Shown here: piece after piece, positions 1 to 9,492 of the stretch
Layout: each line of letters opens with the position of its first letter
Position numbering within the stretch: the first letter of the stretch is position 1
Virus record (IMG/VR): IMGVR_UViG_3300037512_001279
Coordinates: 1 to 64,000 of that record
Length of the DNA: 64,000 nucleotides
Reading direction: 5' to 3' (one strand)
Source of the DNA: a virus
Taxonomy: Duplodnaviria; Caudoviricetes
Program-made: the position numbers and the translations under genes
The notes under the pieces: model-generated
The model's database searches: none
Told to the model about the DNA's origin: nothing
The model's input: only the letters and a program-made list of their open reading frames with translations

Positions 1-507
1 TATTAATATTATTTTTTATTTTAATATAAAGTTATAATATAAGGTCTAAGTTATAGTATAAGGTATAGTTATAGTATAAATATATAAATATTATTTTATA
101 AAATAAATATAGATAATAATATCAATACCATATAATTATTATTTTTATTTTAAATAATATGTTTATTAATACCAATATTATATAATTTAATTAATCCATA
201 TTACTCTATATATATTATATATATAATATATAAATTAGAAGGAATTTTTCAGTTTTCGTCACTTCCGCACTAAAATCCCACGAGAAATCACTTGTTAAAA
301 AATCCATGAAAAAACATAATGGTTTCCTTTTTTTTCTTTACAAGGCCGAAAGGTCTTTTTTTTATTTGCGACAAATTAACAAAAACGAATGAGTTTTTGG
401 AGAATGAATAAGTGTGGCAAGAAAAATTAAGTTTATAAAATTTGAAAAATGAGGATATGGAAAAATGAACGCCATTACTAATACTAACGGAAAGGAATTT
501 AACTTAC

Positions 508-765
508 ATGAAAAATTTATCATCAGGAACAAAGGTCGCACAGGCAAGACCTAAATACGAAAGATTGCCGGAAATACGTTTTAGAAATTCTATTCCATAC
601 GAAAGTCGTGAAGAACCTCATCGCATTCTCCCGTCTCCGGTAATAAAGCGCAGCGACTATTATTACCAGGACCTAAGCGACGCGGCATTTGAGGTAATAA
701 GGGACTTAACGTTAAAAAAGATGCTGCTAAGGAAAAGAAGGGAGAATGAAAATAATGTGGACTAA
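508..765 (+). CDS. hypothetical protein
   Basis: 85-aa ORF with AAGGA RBS, overlapping the next ORF in operon fashion. Confidence 0.5.
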   Translation: MKNLSSGTKVAQARPKYERLPEIRFRNSIPYESREEPHRILPSPVIKRSDYYYQDLSDAAFEVIRDLTLKKMLLRKRRENENNVD

Positions 766-1027
766 CAACGAAAACATGGTTGAATTTATTACCGGTGAAA
801 AAACGTGTACGGTTTCATTCACAAACAGGAAGTATGGAAACAAAATTAAGAAAATGCATGACAAGCATCCGGAGATTTTTGAAGTATTTGAAGTAAATGC
901 AGACGGTTCAGTATACGCAAGATTTCCACTAAACTGCTTAAAGTTTAGCATTCCAAAAAGCATTTACATGACCGAAGAAGAAAAACTGGCAATAGCAGGT
1001 CGTCTTCGTTCTGGGAAGGCTGAATGA
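746..1027 (+). CDS. hypothetical phage protein
   Basis: 93-aa ORF with AGGGAG RBS. Confidence 0.65.
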   Translation: MKIMWTNNENMVEFITGEKTCTVSFTNRKYGNKIKKMHDKHPEIFEVFEVNADGSVYARFPLNCLKFSIPKSIYMTEEEKLAIAGRLRSGKAE

Positions 1028-1070
1028 TTGTTATGTTAAAAACTCATTCACATGAATGCGTATTTTACAA

Positions 1071-1143
1071 CAAATTTCAATTTTAACCCATGGGGTGGAT
1101 AAAGTTATCACTGACGAAAATAAAATCGATTTTCGCATCAAAT
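1071..1143 (+). repeat. tripartite motif CAAATTTCAAT..AAAATCGATTT..CAAAT, copy 1
   Basis: Same three blocks at identical offsets (ATCGAT +54, CAAAT +68) recur at 62513-62585. Confidence 0.55.
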
Positions 1144-1171
1144 TTCTACGCAAAATAAAAGGAGATAAAAA

Positions 1172-1384
1172 ATGACGCCAACTTATTTGTCGCTGTTAAC
1201 GATTTTGTTAACAATTCTTAAATGTCACGGAATGATACCTGAGCTTGAATGGCTGATCGTGTTTGCTCCTGCAATCATTGACTTTATTATTTCATTCATA
1301 AAACGTGAAAAGCTAAAACGTGCAACCGACGCATTTATGACTTTTCTTTCGTCAAACGAAAATTCTGATTTGGAGGACAGGTGA
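1172..1384 (+). CDS. small membrane protein
   Basis: 70 aa, two hydrophobic stretches, AAGGAG RBS. Confidence 0.65.
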   Translation: MTPTYLSLLTILLTILKCHGMIPELEWLIVFAPAIIDFIISFIKREKLKRATDAFMTFLSSNENSDLEDR

Positions 1385-1707
1385 TGTTAAGCAAAGATAC
1401 TTTTGTAAAGGCAATCAATGAGGCAAAACGTGCTTGGGACTATCAGGAAGCACTAAATGATTTTTACAGAGAACACTGTGCAGACGGATATTTATTTCAG
1501 CCTGACTGCAGCGAGGCACTTGTAGAAGTAATCGAGGAAGCCATGGGACTTGAACGTGACGAGAATGGATACACTGACGTGTCTTACTTCTGTTACGAGA
1601 TTGACTACGGCAGGAAATTTAAGCCAGGATGCGTAAAGGATAACGGAGTTGACGTTGACTTTTCAACTCCCGAGAAGCTGTATGACTACATTATTAGCAA
1701 AAAGTAG
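1381..1707 (+). CDS. hypothetical phage protein
   Basis: 108 aa, GGAGG RBS, abuts RNAP gene. Confidence 0.7.
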   Translation: MMLSKDTFVKAINEAKRAWDYQEALNDFYREHCADGYLFQPDCSEALVEVIEEAMGLERDENGYTDVSYFCYEIDYGRKFKPGCVKDNGVDVDFSTPEKLYDYIISKK

Positions 1708-4338
1708 GTGATTAACCTGGGAGAGTTTGGATTAAAGATCAAAAACATTGAAGCCAGTACGTTGTTTGAACACAATAACGGCGTTCGCGACCACTATGAA
1801 TACAAGGACGCAATGTTCGTGAACAGTCTTTTTAAGGATTTCCTTGACGCAAACGGTCTTGAAAACTGGAAGGACGAGTCAACAAGAGACATCATATGTC
1901 TTGAATTCAACTACGGATCGCGTTCGTTTAAGGATGAAATGGATCATCTTGAAGGCGTAATGCGAACGGCAAGGCGCGAATTCCGCAATGCTTCAAGAAA
2001 AAAAGATTTATTTTTAATGGAAAAAGCTTTGAAAAAGCGCAAAAAACTTTCAGATTTAACTAAAAATGCAGTAAAAAATAAAAAAAATTATCAAAAACTT
2101 TCAAAAGAAGAATTAAGAATACTTTATTACAACGAAGGCGTGGAAGTTCCGTACAAAACTTACTCAAGGGACGGGGCGGTAAAAAAGACTGAAGTCATAA
2201 AATATAAGATGTTGTACCGTTCCACCGGAAAGGCAAAGCGTGGCAGTTGCATGTTTATAAGGCAGGAACTGTACGACAAGGCAAGGAATTTTCTTTACAT
2301 GGGAATGGAACTTCCAAAAGAAAACGCACCAATTGTCGAAGCGTCTGCATACGTTCCTCTCATATCTTCAGGAATCGTCGGGCGGATAAAGATAAATCCG
2401 CGCAACGTTCTTATCTTAGAAGACGTTGACAGGTTCTTTACGACGAACGTCATCAGCATAGAGACGGACAAGGACAGGCACTGCGTTGCAAAGCACCTTG
2501 ACAACTACAAACTGAAGAATACGATGTTTGACGGTCAAGCACTGATAGACTCTTCCATCTTTCCTGAATGGGGAAACGGGTACGTGCTTTTAAGGCATCA
2601 CTTTTTTAAGGCGGCTGCATTCTGTACTAACATTCAAAAGTTCTTTAAGGATTACTTTGGTGACGAGTATGAAACGGCTAAGGTTACTGACATGTTTGGC
2701 ATTGAACACTTTGTAAAGGACGTTGAAATGATAACAACCGACAATGCCGTAAAATGGACTAAAAAAGTTTTTGGGATCTCCTACGACTACTGGTGTAGGA
2801 AGGTTGAGGAAAACGGATGCACGTTCGGGGTTGTTAAAACTGCACATCCGTCAAAGCTTGGCGTCTATCAAAAGATGTCTTATCAGATGGTGAATTCTCT
2901 CAACGAGAAAACAATGGAGTCCGTGTGTAAGGAATCTGTTGATTACGTTTACAGGCTAAAGGCTGACGGTCAGGAATTTATGGACTTCCTTTTGAAGAAC
3001 AGAAACTTTTCCAATGACTTTGAGTTTCTGCATGAGATGTGCAAGTATAATCCTGATTTTGAAAGAAGCAGTTACTTTAGGGAACGCAAAAGAAAGATTA
3101 TTGAAAACTACGTTCTTGGACTAAAGAACGGTGAACTGATCCAGAACGGCGACAACCTGACGATTGTCGGATCTCCGTACGCAATGTTGCTTTATGCCGC
3201 TACCGGAAACCCTGACGACGTTGACAAGGACACGACGTTTGCCGTTGAGGAAGGAACAATACAATGCTATTCGGAAAGATTTGATGACGGAGAGTATTTG
3301 GCAGGATTTAGAAGTCCGTTTAACTCAAAGAATAACATGGATTATCTTCACAATCATTATGATGAAAGATTTAAAAAATACTTTACGTTGGGTAAAAACA
3401 TTATTGCCGTTAACATGAATTGTACTGATTTTCAAGAGAAAAATAATGGTAGCGACCAAGATTCGGACATGTTATACGTGACTAATCAGCAGGCAATAGT
3501 TGATCATGCTATGTGGTGTTATGAAAATTATCCAACAATAGTTAATAACATTCCAAAAGATAAGAACATATATTCCAGTTCAATGGATGATTATGCAAAA
3601 GTTGATAATCTCCTGTCGGCGTCTCAAACTGACATAGGTGAATCTTCAAATCTTGCACAGGTTGCACAATCATACAGTTATACGTTTAGTGATCCGAGAT
3701 ATGATGATTACTGCGCAATTCTTGCCGTATGTGCGCAACTCGCAATTGATTCGTCTAAGAGGCGCTTCGACATCGACATACCGGCAGAAATAAAATTAAT
3801 CAAAAAACAAATGGACGTAAAAGCAAACAAATATCCCATGTTCTGGTCAGTAATCAGACCTGGATTCAATAAGAATAATCTAAGTTCATTGATTCATTGT
3901 CCAATGAACTATCTATATAATCTAAGATTTAAACCAATCAAACCTGACGGCAATAATATACCAATGAATGAATTTTTTATAAAACATAAGCTAGACGTTG
4001 ATAAAAGAAAATGTAAGAAGGTTGAAGAGTTAATACAAAAGTATTCTTTAGAGGTACACGAGGAAAAGCTTGGCGACGGAGACACTGACTATCTTCTTCT
4101 TAGAAGCGACTATGACCAACTTATAAATGATTTAAGGCAAATTACTTTTTCAAAGAACACAATAGGTCTTATGTCTTGGCTAATAGACAGGGCATTTATG
4201 ATCAGCCCTGCAGTTCGCGGTCACATGGATGCGTCAAGCAGTCTTCTGAATAAAAACAGGTCGTTGTTAATCAAAATACTGTATGACTCTAATAAACAAG
4301 CATTATTTTCATGTTTCAAGCCTGGAGAGAAAAAATAA
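1708..4338 (+). CDS. single-subunit DNA-dependent RNA polymerase, SPbeta YonO-like (double-psi beta-barrel)
   Basis: 876 aa; GFRSP motif followed by catalytic-loop-like NNGSDQDSD (DxDxD); FDGQALI and QLAIDSSK motifs; positioned at head of the late region as yonO is in SPbeta. Confidence 0.85.
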   Translation: MINLGEFGLKIKNIEASTLFEHNNGVRDHYEYKDAMFVNSLFKDFLDANGLENWKDESTRDIICLEFNYGSRSFKDEMDHLEGVMRTARREFRNASRKKDLFLMEKALKKRKKLSDLTKNAVKNKKNYQKLSKEELRILYYNEGVEVPYKTYSRDGAVKKTEVIKYKMLYRSTGKAKRGSCMFIRQELYDKARNFLYMGMELPKENAPIVEASAYVPLISSGIVGRIKINPRNVLILEDVDRFFTTNVISIETDKDRHCVAKHLDNYKLKNTMFDGQALIDSSIFPEWGNGYVLLRHHFFKAAAFCTNIQKFFKDYFGDEYETAKVTDMFGIEHFVKDVEMITTDNAVKWTKKVFGISYDYWCRKVEENGCTFGVVKTAHPSKLGVYQKMSYQMVNSLNEKTMESVCKESVDYVYRLKADGQEFMDFLLKNRNFSNDFEFLHEMCKYNPDFERSSYFRERKRKIIENYVLGLKNGELIQNGDNLTIVGSPYAMLLYAATGNPDDVDKDTTFAVEEGTIQCYSERFDDGEYLAGFRSPFNSKNNMDYLHNHYDERFKKYFTLGKNIIAVNMNCTDFQEKNNGSDQDSDMLYVTNQQAIVDHAMWCYENYPTIVNNIPKDKNIYSSSMDDYAKVDNLLSASQTDIGESSNLAQVAQSYSYTFSDPRYDDYCAILAVCAQLAIDSSKRRFDIDIPAEIKLIKKQMDVKANKYPMFWSVIRPGFNKNNLSSLIHCPMNYLYNLRFKPIKPDGNNIPMNEFFIKHKLDVDKRKCKKVEELIQKYSLEVHEEKLGDGDTDYLLLRSDYDQLINDLRQITFSKNTIGLMSWLIDRAFMISPAVRGHMDASSSLLNKNRSLLIKILYDSNKQALFSCFKPGEKK

Positions 4339-4564
4339 TTTGTACCGGTTATTTTGCACTAGTTTTTTAAAATTGTCGTTATATATGCCTAGTATATTAG
4401 CGTTATTTACATACCCCTGCGATTACTTTAATGAAGAGAAGATTTTTCTTCTCATTTTAGGGGTAGAAATTGCGAGTGTAAAAGTAGCCCCACCGCTCAA
4501 ATCCGATGCGGCATATAAATATGGGTACATGTATAAAGCTTCCCACTTGATCGGAAGTGGTTTA

Positions 4565-4601
4565 CGGTAGCTGGGCTGAGGTTCTCTCAGCTCGGTTGCC
4601 G
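4565..4601 (+). other. 16-bp GC-rich hairpin in tRNA leader (possible processing signal)
   Basis: CGGTAGCTGGGCTGAG-GTTCT-CTCAGCTCGGTTGCCG, several G-U pairs, no U-tract. Confidence 0.5.
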
Positions 4602-4615
4602 CATCTAATGAATGA

Positions 4616-4687
4616 CGCGAGATAGTGAAAATGGAATAATATGAGTCTCATACGCTCAAGTTCTGGATTCGAGTTCCAGTCTCGCTA
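4616..4687 (+). tRNA. tRNA with CAT anticodon (Met or Ile2)
   Basis: Acceptor CGCGAGA/TCTCGCT (C1:U72 mismatch), anticodon arm TGAGT-CTCATAC-GCTCA, T arm CTGGA-TTCGAGT-TCCAG; weak D stem. Confidence 0.75.
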
Positions 4688-4698
4688 TTCCATGGAGG

Positions 4699-4773
4699 GA
4701 CGACGTAGAGAAGCTCGGTCAATCTCGCCTGATTTGTTTCAGGAGATCGGCGGTTCAAATCCGCCCGTCGCTC
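4699..4773 (+). tRNA. tRNA-like gene with 6-nt anticodon loop (pseudo-tRNA, undetermined isotype)
   Basis: D arm GAGA/TCTC, anticodon arm CCTGA-TTTGTT-TCAGG, T arm GGCGG-TTCAAAT-CCGCC, acceptor GACGACG/CGTCGCT with one mismatch. Confidence 0.65.
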
Positions 4774-4817
4774 TTACCCTGTTACAGGGAATATAAAAAA
4801 GAAAGAAGGGAAATTTT

Positions 4818-5000
4818 TTGGTAAAAATTTCTAAGAAAGAAGCAATGATTCTAAATGAGGAGTATAAGATCCCGTTTGCTGAAAACGGAATTTCTCACAC
4901 GTGGTCAAAGTACAAAAACTACTACCTGTGTGAAGGAAAAAGAAACATGGCTTGTCTGGAAAAAATCAGAAGAAAGCAAACAGTAGAAACTTTCGAGTGA
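4818..5000 (+). CDS. hypothetical protein
   Basis: 60 aa, AAGGGA RBS, stop adjacent to PhoH start. Confidence 0.6.
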   Translation: MVKISKKEAMILNEEYKIPFAENGISHTWSKYKNYYLCEGKRNMACLEKIRRKQTVETFE

Positions 5001-5001
5001 G

Positions 5002-6294
5002 GTGAATTGCATGAAATTCTACGACACAAACGCTCTGCTGGAATTACAGGATAAAGCCTTTGAAGAATACTTTTTTATTGCTTCCACTACCCTGCTTGAA
5101 ATTGAAGACATTAAAACAAACAGGGCAAAAGATGACCAAACAAAATATGACGCAAGAAAAATACTTCATTTATTAAATGATAATCAAGATAAATACCATG
5201 TCGTTGTTTATGAAAAGCTCATGAACCCGTACGACGTGAAGGAAGTGTTTGGAGTTATTGATACTCCTGACGTAAGAATATGTGCATGTGCAAGACTTGC
5301 AAACGATCATTTGAAATATGATGGAAACGACTGGGTAACGGTTGACGAAGTTGTTGACAACAACATAGTGTTTGTAACAAATGACCTGTCTTGCAAACAG
5401 ATAGCATTTAACGTTTTTGACTTAAACGTATCTTCTGTGCATTCAGATGATTCTGAAGAATACGACGGTTATGCAGAAGTAACAATGAACAATGACATGA
5501 TGGCTAACTTTTATCAGAATCTTACTTCGAACGAACTTGGAGTTTTAACAAATCAGTATCTTATCATTAAAGATCCTGACGGAGAAATTAAGGACAGGCT
5601 AAAATGGAACGGTACTGAATTTCAGCAAGTTAAATTCCCGTCAGTAAAGTCAACGTTATTTGGTATTGTAAAGCCGTATAACGGTGATGTATATCAGCAG
5701 CTTGCACTTGACTCATTGTCAAATAATAAGATCACAATGCTAAAAGGCCCTGCAGGAACCGGAAAAAGTTATCTTGCTCTTGGGTACATGTTGTGGTTAT
5801 TGGAAAAACACAAAATCGACAGAATTGTAATCTTTGCGAACCCCACTCCTACCGCCAATGCTGCCAAGCTTGGATTTCTTCCAGGAACGCAGCTAGAGAA
5901 GTTAACTGACAGTTCTCTTGGTAACATGCTTGGTGCAAAGCTTGGAGATAAACTAGAGATAGACAGGCTTGTAAATGAAAACAAGCTTGACATTCTTCCA
6001 ATGTGTGATATCAGAGGTTTTGACACTACTGGTCTTAACTGTGCCGTATACATTACTGAAGCACAAAACCTTGACGTGTCACTTATGAAGCTTGCACTTC
6101 AAAGAGTTGGTGAAGACTCAATAGTAATAATTGATGGTGATTACTATGCTCAGGTTGACATGCAACAGTATGCCGGATACAACAACGGAATGAGAAGGCT
6201 GTCTGAAGTATTTAGGGGTCAGGATTTTTACGGTGAAGTCAAATTACAAAACATCTACAGAGGTCGCATAGCGAGACTTGCGGAGCAAATGTAG
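5002..6294 (+). CDS. phoH: PIN-domain PhoH-family ATPase (PhoH2/YlaK-like)
   Basis: N-terminal PIN motifs DTNALL and VTND; Walker A GPAGTGKS; LGFLPG, IRG, ITEAQN, IDGD..Q.D PhoH motifs. Confidence 0.9.
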   Translation: MNCMKFYDTNALLELQDKAFEEYFFIASTTLLEIEDIKTNRAKDDQTKYDARKILHLLNDNQDKYHVVVYEKLMNPYDVKEVFGVIDTPDVRICACARLANDHLKYDGNDWVTVDEVVDNNIVFVTNDLSCKQIAFNVFDLNVSSVHSDDSEEYDGYAEVTMNNDMMANFYQNLTSNELGVLTNQYLIIKDPDGEIKDRLKWNGTEFQQVKFPSVKSTLFGIVKPYNGDVYQQLALDSLSNNKITMLKGPAGTGKSYLALGYMLWLLEKHKIDRIVIFANPTPTANAAKLGFLPGTQLEKLTDSSLGNMLGAKLGDKLEIDRLVNENKLDILPMCDIRGFDTTGLNCAVYITEAQNLDVSLMKLALQRVGEDSIVIIDGDYYAQVDMQQYAGYNNGMRRLSEVFRGQDFYGEVKLQNIYRGRIARLAEQM

Positions 6295-6327
6295 AAATAT
6301 ATGGAAATAAAAGGAGAATAATTCTAT

Positions 6328-6942
6328 ATGGATGAGGATCAATCCTTACTGTTTTTAAACGGCAATAATAAATTTTATGACGATTTGATTTCGTTTAATT
6401 ACGAAACGAGACATTTAATTTTAAATCAGGACGTTACCTCAGACCTTATTGAGATGATTTGTTTATACATCTTCAGGTGGAATCTTGAAGACAAAGATAT
6501 TCCAAAAGATAAAAGGCGTAAGATTTATCTTTACGTAAACAGTGACGGTGGAGATACCGTCGCAGGAAACATGATCTTATCTGCAATTAAGCTTAGCGAG
6601 ACTCCTGTTATTACTGTAGGTCTTGCAAAATGCTCTTCCATGGCAAGTTACATTCTTGCTGCCGGACACAAGAGATATTGTTTCCCGAACACGATTGTAC
6701 TTTATCACGACGGAGAAAGTGGATTCTTTACCAGCAGCAATAAAGGGAAGGACATTCAGAAGTTCCACGAGAGTCTTGATGACATGATGACGAAGTTCAT
6801 GATTGAGAACACAAAAATGACTGCAGAATTTCTTGAAAAGATTAAAGACCGTGAATACTACATGTTTGCTGAAGAAGCAAAAGAACTTGGAATTGTTGAT
6901 TACATTGTCGGGGTTGACTGTAACCTTGATGAAATCTTGTAG
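6328..6942 (+). CDS. clpP: ClpP-like serine protease
   Basis: YVNSDGG, CSSMAS (catalytic Ser), YHDG (His), DREYY.AEEAKELGIVD. Confidence 0.9.
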   Translation: MDEDQSLLFLNGNNKFYDDLISFNYETRHLILNQDVTSDLIEMICLYIFRWNLEDKDIPKDKRRKIYLYVNSDGGDTVAGNMILSAIKLSETPVITVGLAKCSSMASYILAAGHKRYCFPNTIVLYHDGESGFFTSSNKGKDIQKFHESLDDMMTKFMIENTKMTAEFLEKIKDREYYMFAEEAKELGIVDYIVGVDCNLDEIL

Positions 6943-6964
6943 GATTAAGAAGGAGAATTAAACA

Positions 6965-7156
6965 ATGGTATCAGTAAAGGATAAGGAGCCGAGTGCTTCC
7001 AAAAAAAGAACCATAAAGTTTAAGAACATTGACGTTAGAAACACAAAGTTCGTGGATGACACTGGCGACATTACTGAGGAAGTTTTAAAGGCGCTTCCTG
7101 ACGGTGTAGACTTTGTTGATTTCAGAATCACCATCAATCTTGATGAAGTCGAGTAA
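6965..7156 (+). CDS. small protein, possibly SPbeta YonK-like
   Basis: 63 aa with AAGGAG RBS; size and position before a phosphoesterase match yonK-yonJ synteny. Confidence 0.5.
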   Translation: MVSVKDKEPSASKKRTIKFKNIDVRNTKFVDDTGDITEEVLKALPDGVDFVDFRITINLDEVE

Positions 7157-7168
7157 GGTGGTGGTTAA

Positions 7169-8383
7169 GTGTTTAATTTAGACAGATTAGAAAATGAGAA
7201 TGAGGAACAATTTATATTTCGTCTTGGTCAGGCAAAGGATAATGGACAGCTTGACATGAGTTGGGATGAGATTGCTGAAATAATCAATAAAGAGTTTCGT
7301 ACAGACGAGTCTGAGTACAGGACTGAGGCGGCATATAGGAAGCCATATCAGATGGCGGTACGGTTTTTAAATTGCAATGCGTTTGGGCTTACTAAAAATG
7401 AGGATGACTATTTTGATGAGTTACGTGCGCAGAAGCATGAACTTCAGAAGGAAAAGCAAAAGCTTTTGGATGAAAGAACCGCACTTAAGAAGATTCTCAG
7501 GGAAGACGCACGTGGCGAGGTAAACCTTGCAAAGCTTGAGGAGCTTATAAAGGAAAACGGCAGGACTACCCTCCCGCCAATTACGGTTGACAAGAATTTT
7601 AACGAGAACACGGACACGCTTTTCATTTGCCTGTCTGACGTTCACATGGGACTGAATTTTAACAATCAGTTTGGAGTTTACGACTCTGACGTTGCCGTTA
7701 ACAGAATGAATCAGTATCTGAACGAAATTCTTAAGTTAAAGAAAATCTACCACATAGATCATGCATACGTCGGTCTGCTTGGCGACTTAATATCCGGCGG
7801 CATCCACATCACGACTCAGTTGGAAAACCGCGAAAACGTGATTGAACAGGTACAGGCCGTGTCAGAGCTCATCTCGTCTTTTTGTTATGAGCTGAGCAAA
7901 CATTTTAATCGCGTGTACGTGAACTCTGTTGGCGGAAATCACTCAAGAATCGGATTAAAAGATCAAGTTCTTCGCGGTGAGCGTCTTGATGACCTTGTGA
8001 CGTGGTACATGAAGGCAAAGCTTGAGCACGTTGATAATGTCGTGTTTGACGATGAGTGCAATTATGATTCAACAATCGCAACGTGTTACGTTAACGGCAA
8101 TGAGTATTATCTTGTGCACGGCGACGTTGATTCGTTTTCTGAGAGTGGGATTTCAAAACTCGTTTTGATGACCAAGAACATTCCTGCAGGAATCTTCTTT
8201 GGCCACCTTCATCATAATTCATATGACAACATCGCAAACGTTCAGATTGTCAGAAGTGGCAGTTTCTGCGGTTGCGGCGATGACTATACTACAAGCAAAA
8301 GAATATCAGGTAGCCCAGAACAGGTTGTCTGTGTTATTGGCGACAAAGGCATAAAGGCTTTTTGTCCAATATCACTATCATAG
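7169..8383 (+). CDS. calcineurin-like metallophosphoesterase with N-terminal HTH/coiled coil (YonJ-like)
   Basis: SDVHMG, LGD, GGNH, HGD, GHLH motifs. Confidence 0.85.
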   Translation: MFNLDRLENENEEQFIFRLGQAKDNGQLDMSWDEIAEIINKEFRTDESEYRTEAAYRKPYQMAVRFLNCNAFGLTKNEDDYFDELRAQKHELQKEKQKLLDERTALKKILREDARGEVNLAKLEELIKENGRTTLPPITVDKNFNENTDTLFICLSDVHMGLNFNNQFGVYDSDVAVNRMNQYLNEILKLKKIYHIDHAYVGLLGDLISGGIHITTQLENRENVIEQVQAVSELISSFCYELSKHFNRVYVNSVGGNHSRIGLKDQVLRGERLDDLVTWYMKAKLEHVDNVVFDDECNYDSTIATCYVNGNEYYLVHGDVDSFSESGISKLVLMTKNIPAGIFFGHLHHNSYDNIANVQIVRSGSFCGCGDDYTTSKRISGSPEQVVCVIGDKGIKAFCPISLS

Positions 8384-8480
8384 TTATGTATCTTATATTT
8401 TTAAGAGATGGCACATGTCGTGAGACAGCAATAAGTCCATCTCTTTTTATTTGTTTAAACATGTAAAAAGAGGTGGTGAA

Positions 8481-9410
8481 ATGCAAAAGAATTATAAGGT
8501 CTATATGCACAAAAATAAGGTCAACGGAAAGGTATATATAGGGCAAACTAGTAGAGAATTGCATCGTAGATGGGATAATGGAAATGGATATAAAAAATGT
8601 ACATTGTTTAATAGAGCAATACAAAAATATGGTTGGGATAATTTTGATCATATTTTATTAGATGAAAATTTAACAAAAGAAGAGGCAGATATTAAAGAAC
8701 GTGAGTATATTAAAAAATACAAATCTTATATACCGCAATTTGGTTACAATATTAGTATGGGTGGAGCTGGATTAACTGGTGCTACAAAGTATATTGATAT
8801 TTATAAATATTCTTTAGATGGTGATTATATATGTCATTATCATGACATTGCAGAAATAATAGAAGAAAATCCAACATATTCTTCTTCTGCGTTAAGACAC
8901 GCCTATGATGAGGAATGTCGTTCAGTATATGGGTATCAATGGAAATCATATTATCAGCCAAAAATAGATAAACTTGATGATTTTGCAGTAAGAGTTGGAC
9001 AAATAAAAAGCAAAAAGGTTTACCAATATGATATTTATGGTAATTTTATTAGAGAACATCCTAGTGCAAAAATTGCTGGAGAGAATTGTAATCTTAACAG
9101 TAATTCAATAAGAAAGCATAGTAAAAAAAATGTTTATCATTATTATGGTGGCTATCAGTGGAGTTATGAATTTGTAGATAACATTGGTGTTGCAGATTTG
9201 TATTATATATACAAATATGACAAAAATACTGGAATATTACTGGATAAATATAAAACAATAGATAGTGCTGCTAAAAGTAATGATGTTAAAGAAAGTTGCT
9301 TATGTAATTGTTTATCTGGCAATGCAAAATCTATAGGTGGATTTATATGGAAAAAGTATCATATATTGGAAAATCCTCCTAGTAAAATAGATATCACACA
9401 TAAAAAATAA
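8481..9410 (+). CDS. free-standing GIY-YIG homing endonuclease with NUMOD1-type repeats
   Basis: KVYMH..NGKVYIGQT..R motif, GYN, repeated YQYD..G..I..H.S / GYQW units; AT-richer than neighbours. Confidence 0.85.
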   Translation: MQKNYKVYMHKNKVNGKVYIGQTSRELHRRWDNGNGYKKCTLFNRAIQKYGWDNFDHILLDENLTKEEADIKEREYIKKYKSYIPQFGYNISMGGAGLTGATKYIDIYKYSLDGDYICHYHDIAEIIEENPTYSSSALRHAYDEECRSVYGYQWKSYYQPKIDKLDDFAVRVGQIKSKKVYQYDIYGNFIREHPSAKIAGENCNLNSNSIRKHSKKNVYHYYGGYQWSYEFVDNIGVADLYYIYKYDKNTGILLDKYKTIDSAAKSNDVKESCLCNCLSGNAKSIGGFIWKKYHILENPPSKIDITHKK

Positions 9411-9492
9411 TCACAGACTAATCATACTGAACTAGGTTGGAGGGTACGTTAAGTTACTCTCCTTTTTCTATATAATCATATATGTAAAAGAA

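Noticed and set aside
8481-9410. GIY-YIG genes as intron-encoded ORFs
   Set aside because: Flanking genes are complete and no group I core motifs were seen around them (same for 22768-23982)
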